Source of the DNA: an uncultured Gammaproteobacteria bacterium
Lineage (GTDB): Bacteria; Patescibacteriota; Patescibacteriia; UBA9934
Assembly (NCBI GenBank): GCA_964582615.1
Contig: CAZORP010000004.1
Location: 1,900 to 65,899, forward strand
Direction of reading: 5' to 3'
DNA length: 64,000 nt
In this document: positions 17,791 to 27,773 of the stretch, piece after piece
Numbering within the stretch: the stretch's first letter is position 1
Layout: each line of letters opens with the position of its first letter
Notes under the pieces: generated by a model
Told to the model about the DNA's origin: nothing
Database searches by the model: none
What the model saw: only the letters and a program-made list of their open reading frames with translations
Program-made: the position numbers and the translations under genes

Positions 17791-20700
17791 CTATTCGGTA
17801 CCTTCATCAATATCTTCGATATCTTGGGCTCTTTCGAGAGCTTCCACATCAACTTCGGAACTTAGGTCTTTTAGCTCACTGGATCTATCATCGTCCTGGG
17901 TACCTGTCGGCGAAACTGGCCGGCTGTACTCATCTAATGCATCAAATACAAATGGGAGATGTTCGTCGTAACTTACTTTATAGTTACGCGCATCTACAGT
18001 CTTTTTAATGTCCTTAGTTGCGGCAATTACTTTTTCACGATTTTTAATCCAGTAATCCTTCAACTCGTTTTCCCCTAAAATTTCAGCGATATACTTCGGA
18101 TCAAATTCATATCTCGTCGCCTCAAGCGCCCTGTGATCCTGGAAATGAATGAGTAAGAAATCGGCAAAAAACTCCACTGCCCGTTCGTTGCCCTGAGGAT
18201 TGAATCAGACGTCAAAAATGTATACCTGCATCTCCTTACGGATCCCTTCGTTGTCATTGATGCCGTCAGGATCGAATAGACCACTTCCTAAGTCTGAATT
18301 AGTAATCCGATTATTTATTAACTGATAAATAATAAAACTTGCGGAGATAATTTTCTCGGTCTGAACCTCATTACTGATATCTTTCTTTTCCGAGCGGACG
18401 TAACTAAGCGAATCCCCGAATAATTCTTGGTCGCTTAATGCGTAAATATCAGAAATGAAGTTTTTATTCTGACCTACGTATCTATTCTTGAATTCTTTAT
18501 ATACCAACTGAGTAATTCGTCTCACCGTATCTTTACCTTCGTGATCTGTTGTTTCACCAATTTTCTTCGCATATGCACGCAATCCGCGTTCGAGGTTATA
18601 AAAATTACCGCCTCTATATGGACTACAGTGCAAGCGTAACTTGAGACCATCGTAAAACCCAATTACTCCATTTTCTGGATCTAGAACCTTACTAACGACA
18701 CTCTTCCGCTCGCCATCCTCGAACAATGCCTCGGCAATCTGTACGACATTTGTATCATCGTTGTGGTAATAGCCGTCGCGCTGATCTTGCCAGCCTCGTT
18801 GATTCAAAAGGTAGAGTATGCGCAGAGAAATGTCGTCCCGCAAGCCCGTTCCGAGACCATCCATCTCAATCGTCGAGAAACGACGCATGCTCTCCACGAA
18901 CCAGTGGATCGTAGCCAGCGCCGTTTGCTTTGAAAATAGATCCGTATTACGAACCATGGCCTGCAGCAGCAGGCTAAAATGATATTCGGCTGGGTTGCTG
19001 ACAGAGAAAATAAACTCCTCCTCTGAGGCGAGATCGCTCATCGTCTTCTCTCCAGATCCAATCTTCCTTGCTTCATTCACATAAAACTTTTTTGCTTGAG
19101 TTTTGATTTGAGTGACACGTTCGGTCATGAGTCGCAGATAACGCTCCAAACTTCTATCAAGATGGACCGTGCCGTTCATTGCTGCAGAAAAAACACTAAA
19201 ATCATCTTCTTTGTATTTTTTCGAGAATAATTGTGCGTCAAAAAGGTTTCTTAACAAAAATCTTTCGGCATCTGTCTTTTTCAATAAGTACTCTTTGAAA
19301 AATGCTGAATTTTCATATGAACTTTTTGAGCTTTCCCATTTCCACTTAATAGAAAAGTGCTCTTTTCCGTTAATTTCGGCCGTGTAAATGTCTCGAAAAG
19401 TTTCCGAAAAATTTAGATGCAACAAAAACAGGTTGATCAAATCGTAACCCTCAAAATCAAGCTGTTCGACATCCAGATCCAACAGTCGTAATCGGATAGT
19501 ATTTACCAATCGTTTTATTTTTCGAATATCACCCAAGACATCCTTGTATCTATAAAAGATCTCGGGTTTGAATACTTCATCAATTGCTTTCTCCATTGAT
19601 TCTTTCGAAGTTGGCGTAAATGAAGAGCCCTCTTCCTCTGTCTGCTCAAATAATTTATCTATAAGATATTTTTTAAGCATTTCTGGATTAATCGTTAAAA
19701 CCTGCTTCACCGTAACTACTTTCTCGAAGTATTCCCTGATCTGAGCGGTATCGATCGATTCACGTTCAATTTTAACCAACCTAGGATCATGATCGTTATC
19801 TGGCTTTTTACCCTGAGTGGTTTTCTCCGTCTGATCTGAGCCGCCTAGAGAAACCTGAAGGTGCTCTCGCGTCTTCGTGAGATGATAAAAGCTATTAACG
19901 TTCTGCGTATCGAAACAAGTTACAAAGGAAATATATGGCAGCTTGAGACTGACACGGATTACATCGATAAAGCGCTTCACCTCATCAATGGGAAGCCTAT
20001 CAAGATCATCAATAACAATGACGAGTCGCCGCCGGGCGATTTCCAGCTGCTCTCGAATCGCCTGAACTCTATCTTCGTCAGACAGCGAATCCGGAATAAA
20101 CGACGCTAACTCTAACTTAAATAACTTCGGATAAGGCTCAATCGCCTTGGCGTACCTTGCAAAGTAATCTCCAAGTTGAGGAACGAAATTATTCTCATCT
20201 AAAAAGCCAGACAGCTGTCGTAGGAATGCCGAAAGTACATGATCTTGATCGTATCTTAATGGTTCAAATGAAAAGACTAGCGCACCAGTCTCTTCGAGAC
20301 GCTTTTTACAAAAATGAAGATACGATGACTTGCCGTAGCCCCACGGTGCATCAATTCCGAATACAAGGCTATTTGGAGACCCATTATTTTCAAGTTTATT
20401 GGCAAAATCAATCGCGTCATTCTTAACACCAAGTACGTCCGATTCTTCATCGTCAGAGAGTGGTTCATCGGATAGAAAAAATGGCTTCACTGTATTCTTA
20501 TTCTTCAAACCGAGACGCCAACCTCTCAAATGTGTAGCAGCGATTATGACAATGATTAACTTAATAACCTCAAAGAGAGCTCCATTAAACAGTGGCAAAA
20601 ATGACCACTCGGCAAAGCATGCTCTGATGACTTCATGGTATCCCGCCGCCATCCCGACACCTAGGATTACCGAGATAGCGGAATCCCACTCGGATTCTAG

Positions 20701-20904
20701 ATGTCTAATGATTTTAAATGCGGGAAATACGACGAGCACAAGAAAGCCAATCGCGATCAGTGGAATCGCAAATAGCGCGGCAGGCTGATACTTTTCAAAA
20801 CTTTCATAACCCAATAAAACCGCCAATGCTATGCCGATCGAGACCGTGAAGATCTGAACATTCTTCTTCACTCTAGCTGTAAGTATTGTTTTGGTTAATG
20901 ACAC
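17791..20904 (-). pseudogene. KAP-family P-loop NTPase with N-terminal TM helices, interrupted by one in-frame TGA at 18205-18207
   Basis: Walker A GIDAPWGYGKSS, Walker B VIDDLDRL, YFEKVV, DIRKIKRL; ORF 17791-18177 continues in the same frame after the TGA. Confidence 0.8.
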
Positions 20905-21202
20905 AGTTGTATGCGGAAAACCCTATCAAAATTGCGGCCAAATGACCAGCTCAAATGTCATGCAGAAAAGTCATTCTTCTTATCGTGCACAAAAAGCACA
21001 TTCTGACTCATACTGTACTATTTTGTACCAAAATAAGGCACTTATGCACAGATTCTCTCCGGAAAATTGACGTTGATTGTACGGGCGATAAAATATCTGT
21101 TGATCGCAATCACGATTACTAACTCGTAACTCATTTTTGCCCATGCAAATGTAAAACTATTGACGCGCATGACATGTCTTCTGGCGCAATGATGCTAAGA
21201 CC

Positions 21203-21332
21203 ATCGATGCCAAAGACAAAAAGCTATGAACATTACTGCTCCGAAGGAGGGAGCAAATCAGCAATAGCCTTTTGTTTTTGTTATCGATCTCGTTAGGAAG
21301 TCCTATCGAATCGGTAGGGCTTCTTTGCTTTT
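21203..21332 (+). ncRNA. Putative structured leader RNA (long hairpin + terminator) upstream of the methylase operon
   Basis: Nested pairings ATCGAT/ATCGAT, CAAAGACAAAA/TTTTGTTTTTG, GCTAT/ATAGC, TGCTCC/GGAGCA, then GAAGTCCTATC..GGTAGGGCTTC and a U-rich tail. Confidence 0.5.
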
Positions 21333-21353
21333 TAACAACTTAATTTCAAATGT

Positions 21354-22631
21354 ATGCCTACTCAGATACAAACCACGTATGTTCCCATAACTAATCTGAA
21401 TCCCGCGCTCTACAACCCGCGCAAATGGGACAAAGAGGCGACGAAGAAGCTCCGCGAAAGCTTGGAGCGATTCGGCTTCGTCGACCCCATCCTCGTAAAC
21501 GGCGCACCCGATCGCATGAATATTGTCATCGGTGGTCATTTCCGTCTCAAAGTTGCGAAGGATATGGGCATGACGGAAGTCCCTGTCGTCTATCTCCATA
21601 TCCCAGACATCGAGAAGGAGAAGGAACTCAACCTTCGTCTCAATCGTAATACCGGTACGTGGGATTACGACCTTCTCAAGGCATTCGATACTAACTTCCT
21701 ACAGGATGTCGGCTTTGATGCGTTGGACCTCCAGAATGTCTGGGGAGATCTTGCATCCATCGACGACCGACTCATTCTGAAGGAGGGTGAGGTTGAACCT
21801 CCAGAAAAACCAACCATTCAAGATGGCGAAATCTATAAGCTCGGAGATCATCTTTTGATGTGTGCGGATTCTACAGGCCCCGCCAATGCCGCTCGTCTCA
21901 TGAGAGAAGAAAAAGCAGACATGATCTATTGTGATCCTCCGTATAACATCAAACTAGATTACGCGAATGGCGTTTCAACGGACGGCAAATACGCTGGGCA
22001 AGTAAATGATGCGTTGCCAGACGGTGAGTACCAAGAATTCATCAAAAAATCAGTCGAGGTTGCACTATCCGTCGCGAAGCCCGACGCACACATCTTTTAC
22101 TGGTGTGACCAGAGGTATATCTGGTTGGTTCAGCGTGTATATCGGCACTGGAAGATTGAAAATCGCCGCGTGTGCTTGTGGATCAAGAACAACTTCAACA
22201 TGACTCCGCAGGTTGCCTTCAATAAGGCATACGAGCCGTGCGTCTATGGAACGATCGGAAAGCCATACCTCAATCCTGATGTCACGAATCTTCACGAGAT
22301 CGTGAACAAAGACGTGGACGCGGGTAACCGAGCAACGAGCGACATCATCGATCTTTTTGACATCTGGCTTGCGAGTCGTGATGCAGGACAGGAATACGAA
22401 CACCCGACTCAAAAACCCCTCTCACTCCACGAGAAGCCACTGAAACGCTGCACAAAGCCGGGTGACGTTATCTTGGATCTCTTTGGTGGCAGCGGATCGA
22501 CGCTTCTTGCGTGCGAGCAAATGCGTCGCAAAGCAAGGCTCATAGAAAAGAATCCTGCATTTTGTCACGTCATCATCAAAAGATTCGAGGAGATGACCGG
22601 TCTTAAGGCTGAAAAAGTAACGAGTAACTAA
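21354..22631 (+). CDS. ParB-like N-terminal domain + N4/N6 DNA methyltransferase (phage-type)
   Basis: YNPRK..ESLERFGFVDPI..IGGHFR; DPPY, HPTQKP, DLFGGSGST. Confidence 0.92.
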   Translation: MPTQIQTTYVPITNLNPALYNPRKWDKEATKKLRESLERFGFVDPILVNGAPDRMNIVIGGHFRLKVAKDMGMTEVPVVYLHIPDIEKEKELNLRLNRNTGTWDYDLLKAFDTNFLQDVGFDALDLQNVWGDLASIDDRLILKEGEVEPPEKPTIQDGEIYKLGDHLLMCADSTGPANAARLMREEKADMIYCDPPYNIKLDYANGVSTDGKYAGQVNDALPDGEYQEFIKKSVEVALSVAKPDAHIFYWCDQRYIWLVQRVYRHWKIENRRVCLWIKNNFNMTPQVAFNKAYEPCVYGTIGKPYLNPDVTNLHEIVNKDVDAGNRATSDIIDLFDIWLASRDAGQEYEHPTQKPLSLHEKPLKRCTKPGDVILDLFGGSGSTLLACEQMRRKARLIEKNPAFCHVIIKRFEEMTGLKAEKVTSN

Positions 22632-22632
22632 T

Positions 22633-23418
22633 ATGGAAATTCAAAACGGTGCATTCATTCAACTTGGAAAGCATCGGCTTCTATGCGGTGATTCAACGAA
22701 TCCTTCAGATGTCGCAATGCTTCTTGGAGATACCCGCATCGATCTCGTGCTCACAGATCCTCCTTACGGCGTCGGTTATGTGGAAAGCAAGGAAGGATTC
22801 ACGCAGGAACTCGCTAAACCGAAGGTCATCGAGAATGATCACGTACAGACCGAAGAAGAGTATTTGGAGTTCACTAAGAAATGGCTCTCACTTATTCCTC
22901 CGTACCTCACAGATAAGAACGCGATCTACATCTTCAATACCGACAAAATGCTCTTTCCATTGCGAGCGGGTATGGAGTCATGTGGCATGAAGTTTGCGCA
23001 GCTCCTCATCTGGGCTAAGACTCATGCGGTCATTGGTCGCTTGGATTATCTTCCGCAGCACGAACTTATTGCTTACGGCTGGCACGGGACGCACGCGTTC
23101 AAGAAAGCCAAGGACAAAAGCATCCTCGTGCACCCAAAACCCGCCAAGAGCAAGTATCACCCGACCATGAAGCCGATTGGTCTTCTACGACGTCTTATTC
23201 TTAATAGCTCAGATGTTGGTTCAAACGTCTTTGATCCTTTTGGTGGAAGCGGCTCAACACTCCTTGCTTGCGAGCAAACAGGGCGTGTCTGCTTCATGAT
23301 CGAGAAAGACAAAGAGTACTGCCAAACCATCGTGAGTCTCTATGAACGCATGACGGGCGACGTCGCGGTAGTAATTGAACCAGCATATGGAGGAACCGAA
23401 GCAGCAACGCCGGTATGA
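22633..23418 (+). CDS. N4/N6 DNA methyltransferase
   Basis: HRLLCGDS, TDPPYG, HPTMKP, DPFGGSGST. Confidence 0.92.
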   Translation: MEIQNGAFIQLGKHRLLCGDSTNPSDVAMLLGDTRIDLVLTDPPYGVGYVESKEGFTQELAKPKVIENDHVQTEEEYLEFTKKWLSLIPPYLTDKNAIYIFNTDKMLFPLRAGMESCGMKFAQLLIWAKTHAVIGRLDYLPQHELIAYGWHGTHAFKKAKDKSILVHPKPAKSKYHPTMKPIGLLRRLILNSSDVGSNVFDPFGGSGSTLLACEQTGRVCFMIEKDKEYCQTIVSLYERMTGDVAVVIEPAYGGTEAATPV

Positions 23419-23926
23419 GAACGCTCAACGTCGGAAGGCTAAACAGAAACTACAAATCATCAATACGCTTCGAGAGACGGGCAATATCGAGGCCGCCTGT
23501 CGCAAAGTCGGCATCGCGCGCAATACGTATTACGTGTGGGCTAAGGATGATCACGAATTCAAGATTGAAGCCGAGAAGGCTCTTGTCATTGGCACCGAGG
23601 TAGTTTGTGACACTCTTGAAAGCAGGTTAGTCGCTCGAGCGAATTCGGGCGAGGGCTGGGCGTTGAAGTACTATCTCGGGAATAAGCATCCAGATTACAG
23701 TCCGCGAGCCAGCGCCCGCAAATATCATCGAGAGAATGAGCAGTCTGATGAATTCTCTGATGAAGATGAGCGCCACATTGAGCATGCTCTAAAAATGCTC
23801 GAGTACTTGGAGCCCTGTGAGGACCCGTCCCACCATGGCCACAAGATGCTACCTCCGCCTCCGCCGGCGGCTGTCAATGACAAAGCAGGCGACGACGACG
23901 AGGATCTTGACGGTGCATTTAGCTAA
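23387..23926 (+). CDS. HTH protein, terminase small subunit-like
   Basis: GNIEAACRKVGIARNTYYVW HTH and WALKYYL; follows the methylases, as in phage packaging modules. Confidence 0.6.
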   Translation: MEEPKQQRRYENAQRRKAKQKLQIINTLRETGNIEAACRKVGIARNTYYVWAKDDHEFKIEAEKALVIGTEVVCDTLESRLVARANSGEGWALKYYLGNKHPDYSPRASARKYHRENEQSDEFSDEDERHIEHALKMLEYLEPCEDPSHHGHKMLPPPPPAAVNDKAGDDDEDLDGAFS

Positions 23927-24529
23927 CTACTTTGTCACTTCCGTAGAAAGGAAAACCGTGGTGGTCTGCTTCGTGGCATCGTTTACCGCAACGAGTCCAT
24001 AGCCGATCGTGTCACTTGGGATTTCATAAACGATCACGCCCTTCTTTGGAATGGACGGACTGAGCGTCTGAACTTCCAAATAGTTATCGATAGATCCGAT
24101 GGTGTCATCGTAGGTCGTATAACCCCGCCCTTCGCCATCTCCGAGTCGCAAGTACTGGTTTGGCATGTAGAGAAAATCCGAGGTCGACTTCGAGGTCACT
24201 TGCAGTTCAATAATGACAAACTTCGTCCCCTCAACGGCAGCGACCGGCTTGCCGTAGCGTGAACTCATGGTTTGCGCCTCACGGACACTGAGAACCTTCA
24301 TCTCATGCGTTGCGAGGTCGATTGGATTGTTGATCTTTGCCTCGACGACTTCTTTCTCGGAATTCTTGGTGTTCGTAGTTATGGAACCGGACGGAGTTAC
24401 CGTGGTCTTTGGACGATCGCTTCCGTCATCCATGTACGGTGCGATAATGAAAATGAACAAAATGAAACCGAGGACTCCCGTGAGGATCTTATGCTGCTTG
24501 AACCAGCTCTGTTTTGGGTCATTCGACAT
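23927..24529 (-). CDS. DUF4352-like membrane-anchored Ig-fold protein
   Basis: WFKQHKILT + TM helix; GTKFVIIELQV, LSPSIPKKGVIVYEIP. Confidence 0.75.
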   Translation of the reverse strand: MSNDPKQSWFKQHKILTGVLGFILFIFIIAPYMDDGSDRPKTTVTPSGSITTNTKNSEKEVVEAKINNPIDLATHEMKVLSVREAQTMSSRYGKPVAAVEGTKFVIIELQVTSKSTSDFLYMPNQYLRLGDGEGRGYTTYDDTIGSIDNYLEVQTLSPSIPKKGVIVYEIPSDTIGYGLVAVNDATKQTTTVFLSTEVTK

Positions 24530-24568
24530 AGTAAAGCGTATGAGGAATTAATCCCGAGTATTGCTAAA

Positions 24569-24712
24569 ACAAAAAGCGACACCCGGTGGCGCTTTACAAC
24601 CCAGCCCAAGCACGGATCGTGCAAGGTCTGTTTTAACCGGATGCCGCTCATTGCGCGCGATCCGGAAATAGCCAAATACGGCCTGCAAAGGCTGAGTTGT
24701 AAAGCACCGACA
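24569..24712 (-). ncRNA. Putative ~140-nt structured RNA or attenuator
   Basis: TGcTACTAT extended -10; 17-bp stem GCTTTACAACTCAGCCT/GGGCTGGGTTGTAAAGC; inner CCGGAT/ATCCGG stem; overlapping terminator with U5. Confidence 0.55.
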
Positions 24713-24879
24713 TAGTAGCATAGGCACCCCCAAAGTAAAGCGATTTGCTCAGTATTTTGCCTTTCCTTATACCTTGAGGGCTTTTGAGTTACCTACAGGT
24801 CTGGGGCTAGGCACCCCGGACAGGTGTGGCATCAATGTAGCTGTCCCCTAGGGAACTAGGGCGCACAAACTACGAACAT

Positions 24880-26295
24880 ATGCCGGAACACAATCCGCTC
24901 CACAGTCCCACGCTTCTCGCGGAAAATAGAGCTAACAATATAGGTAAAGGCGATGCAAAAGTTGATCTTCGGTATTGCCTCTATGCACGCAAGTCATCCG
25001 AAGATGACGAACGTCAAGCGTTGTCCATCGATTCACAAATCAACGAAATGATGGAACTGGCGAGAAAGGAAGGAATGGACATCGTTGAGACGCGTCGAGA
25101 GAGTCATTCAGCAAAGTCATCCGGCGAGCGACCGGAATTCAATCAATTGATGATCGATATCGATAAAGGACTCTTCAATGCCATTCTCACATGGGCGCCA
25201 GATCGCTTGAGTCGTAACGCTGGAGATCTTGGGTCACTCGTTGATCTCATGGATCGTGCGAAGCTTCATGAGATCAGGACGCACTCACAGAAGTTCACGA
25301 ACTCACCGAATGAAAAGTTCCTCCTGATGATCCTCGGAAGCCAGGCAAAGCTCGAGAATGACAATCGCGGTATTAATGTAAAACGTGGCCTCAAGAACAA
25401 AGTTGAAATGGGATGGCGGCCAGGACTTCCGCCCCTTGGCTACTACAACGAGAGATCAATTAATCGCGGTCAGAATAGAATCTTCATCGATGAAGAACGT
25501 GCACCGACCATTAAAAAGCTCTTTGAACTCGTCGCGTACGAAAAGATGACTGGAAGGGCACTTTTTACCTACTTGAAAGAGATTAATTTCAAAACGCGAA
25601 CCGATAAATTCGTCAGTGTTAGTAGCGTCTACAAGATCCTCAAGAACAGATTTTATTACGGCGAGTTCGAGTTCCCGGAAGGGAGCAGCAAGATCTATAA
25701 GGGAGCACACGAACCGCTTATAACAAAAGAGTTGTTCGATCGCGTACAAAATCAGCTCACTATTCCCGACCGACCAATCCAAGGCATTAAAGAATTCTCT
25801 TTTACGAAGATGTTCAAATGCGGCGCATGCGGCTCCGGCATCACCGCAGAGGAAAAGATTAAGAAGATCAAAGGAACAGAAGAGATACGAAAATACATCT
25901 ACTATCGGTGCGGAAAATCCAACGGGCGTATCTGTGACGAGAAGCCGATGCGTGAACAAGATATCCTCAATCAGCTCCTAGAACTTATTGATTCAATCGA
26001 GATCGATAGGATTGGTGCGCAAAAACGCATCGAAGACGAGCTGAAGCGTTACGCTGCATTCTCAGAAGGGGTGCTCGGAAAGAAGATCAATAAGCCAAAA
26101 CAAAAGGAGGTCAGCATTCGAAAATATGCAAAGCATATTCTCACAAATGGAACTCGCGAGGAGAAGCGAGAAATTCTGGAGCATGTAAAACACTGTATAG
26201 TGATATTCAATAGAGCTCTAAAGCTCGAATCCCTGGCACTGCCTAATGAAGCAAGAGAAGACCCCCCACGTTTAGAGAAACGCGGGGGGTCATGA
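24880..26295 (+). CDS. Large serine recombinase (resolvase + recombinase + Zn-ribbon domains)
   Basis: YCLYARKSS catalytic motif, DRLSRN, PPLGY, HEPLI, CGACG...YYRC. Confidence 0.95.
   Translation: MPEHNPLHSPTLLAENRANNIGKGDAKVDLRYCLYARKSSEDDERQALSIDSQINEMMELARKEGMDIVETRRESHSAKSSGERPEFNQLMIDIDKGLFNAILTWAPDRLSRNAGDLGSLVDLMDRAKLHEIRTHSQKFTNSPNEKFLLMILGSQAKLENDNRGINVKRGLKNKVEMGWRPGLPPLGYYNERSINRGQNRIFIDEERAPTIKKLFELVAYEKMTGRALFTYLKEINFKTRTDKFVSVSSVYKILKNRFYYGEFEFPEGSSKIYKGAHEPLITKELFDRVQNQLTIPDRPIQGIKEFSFTKMFKCGACGSGITAEEKIKKIKGTEEIRKYIYYRCGKSNGRICDEKPMREQDILNQLLELIDSIEIDRIGAQKRIEDELKRYAAFSEGVLGKKINKPKQKEVSIRKYAKHILTNGTREEKREILEHVKHCIVIFNRALKLESLALPNEAREDPPRLEKRGGS
26260..26291. terminator. Hairpin at the convergent recombinase/PRTase junction
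   Basis: GACCCCCC-a-CGTTT-agag-AAACG-c-GGGGGGTC; no clear U-tract. Confidence 0.5.
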
Positions 26296-26297
26296 AG

Positions 26298-27143
26298 TCA
26301 CTCGAGGCGTCGAATCGCAGCCCGGAGGACGTCGGCTGCGAGGGTGTTGGGCTTATACCTCAGACCGAGAACGCTCCGAGGCAACTCACCGCACGTGATA
26401 CCGAGGGAATCGTAAAAGTCTGCGGTTGCACCGAGGACTCTTCTCGAAAACTCTCGTTCGACGTTCTTCGGAATCGAAGCCCACTGCGTGGGCTTCCCGA
26501 ACGGCAAGACATAGGGAGCTCCGGTATTCAGAAGGCCCATGACCGTTCTTCCGGAAAGTGGCGCACCCGGCATGAAGTCTCGTTCGCAGATCTCATCTGT
26601 GACTTCGGAGTATTCACGTACTGCCGTGACAGAGCAGTTACGTGCCCGCAGTCGCTCAATACCTTCACCGATTGCGACACCGGCGAAAACGTGGCCAACC
26701 CGAATGTTTCGCTCCAGGAAGAGATCGATGATGCGTTCCATCATCGCTCCGCTGAAAACCACGTCATCCACGAGAGCTATGTCACGCTCATGGATAGTCG
26801 CAGCTACCTCGTCCACGATGGCGGTCAAATCCGTGTAGATGCCATCTCTCGTCCCGTAACCAGCATCACGTAGACCGCCATCAACCAGTCTGGTGACGTT
26901 GATCTGCAGCGCTCTCGGTGCGTAGACTCGATCCAGGCTGACGACCGGGAACGAAGAGTTGGCGAGGATATCCGAGAGCCCATCACGCAGCTCGCTCTCG
27001 GAAATCCATTCAGTCGAGCCAACGCTAACGTGCAAGGCGCTCTTCACCTCAGCGCGAAACCCCTCCAACACCGTATCGGGAACAACAAACCCAGCCTCTC
27101 GCCACAGCGTAGCGAGATCACAGGACACAACGTACGGACGCAT
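26298..27143 (-). CDS. Type I phosphoribosyltransferase-fold protein
   Basis: PRPP-binding motif IALVDDVVFSG; extra C-terminal region of unknown function. Confidence 0.8.
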   Translation of the reverse strand: MRPYVVSCDLATLWREAGFVVPDTVLEGFRAEVKSALHVSVGSTEWISESELRDGLSDILANSSFPVVSLDRVYAPRALQINVTRLVDGGLRDAGYGTRDGIYTDLTAIVDEVAATIHERDIALVDDVVFSGAMMERIIDLFLERNIRVGHVFAGVAIGEGIERLRARNCSVTAVREYSEVTDEICERDFMPGAPLSGRTVMGLLNTGAPYVLPFGKPTQWASIPKNVEREFSRRVLGATADFYDSLGITCGELPRSVLGLRYKPNTLAADVLRAAIRRLE

Positions 27144-27220
27144 GTCGAACTCCTTGGAACCTCCCAGCGTCTTTGCCGGGAGGGAGCGAATGCACTGCTT
27201 TCACTGCAACCGATCCCTTC

Positions 27221-27772
27221 CTACAAAGAAGGGATTTGATGCACGACACGCACCGCTTGGATGGCCATAGCGACCGCAGCTTCCGGAGTTGATGCAACTT
27301 CGATACGTACTCGTTCACGCGGGTCAATAAATGTCCCAGCGAGACGTTCACTCCAGCCGCCAGTATTCTCGATGGTAATAATCGGAATATTGGCCTGATA
27401 GGCGATAGCCATTTCCGTGAGTGTTCCGGAGCCACCGTTTAAACAAATGATTGCATCGCAAGATGATACAAGTACAAACTCTCGACCGCCGCCACGACCC
27501 ATACCTGCCGTGACAATTGCGTCAGCGTTCTTTTCAACAACACCGTCAATGTCTTTGCCGTAGGTAACCCCAACCACAAAGCCTCCCGCACGCTTTGCAC
27601 CGCGGCAGGCGGCGGATGAAAGCGAATCAAGGTCTTTCTCTGCGCCGAACAATAAAATCGCACCCGCTTTCGCAATCTCTTCACCGACGCTTTCGGCTAA
27701 CACTGCAATCTTCGTTGAGTACTGAAGATCCGAACAAGAGCCCATCACGCCAATCTGTAATTTTCGTTTCAT
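27221..27772 (-). CDS. SLOG/LOG-family protein (TIGR00725-like)
   Basis: IGVMGS, AACRGAKRAGG, GGSGTLTEMAIAY, TGGWS. Confidence 0.88.
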   Translation of the reverse strand: MKRKLQIGVMGSCSDLQYSTKIAVLAESVGEEIAKAGAILLFGAEKDLDSLSSAACRGAKRAGGFVVGVTYGKDIDGVVEKNADAIVTAGMGRGGGREFVLVSSCDAIICLNGGSGTLTEMAIAYQANIPIITIENTGGWSERLAGTFIDPRERVRIEVASTPEAAVAMAIQAVRVVHQIPSL

Positions 27773-27773
27773 A

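Noticed and set aside
18205-18207. Genetic code 25 or 4 (TGA recoded)
   Set aside because: TGA ends clear genes here (e.g. recR, truB, the recombinase) and conserved genes have no internal TGA.
21354-23418. Restriction-modification system
   Set aside because: No recognisable endonuclease nearby; the methylases are of the phage ParB-associated type.
24272-24733. Short ORFs overlapping the DUF4352-recombinase intergenic region
   Set aside because: They are shadows of the DUF4352 gene or overlap the structured RNA, and show no protein-like signal.
17791-26295. Intact prophage
   Set aside because: No terL, portal, capsid, tail or lysis genes.
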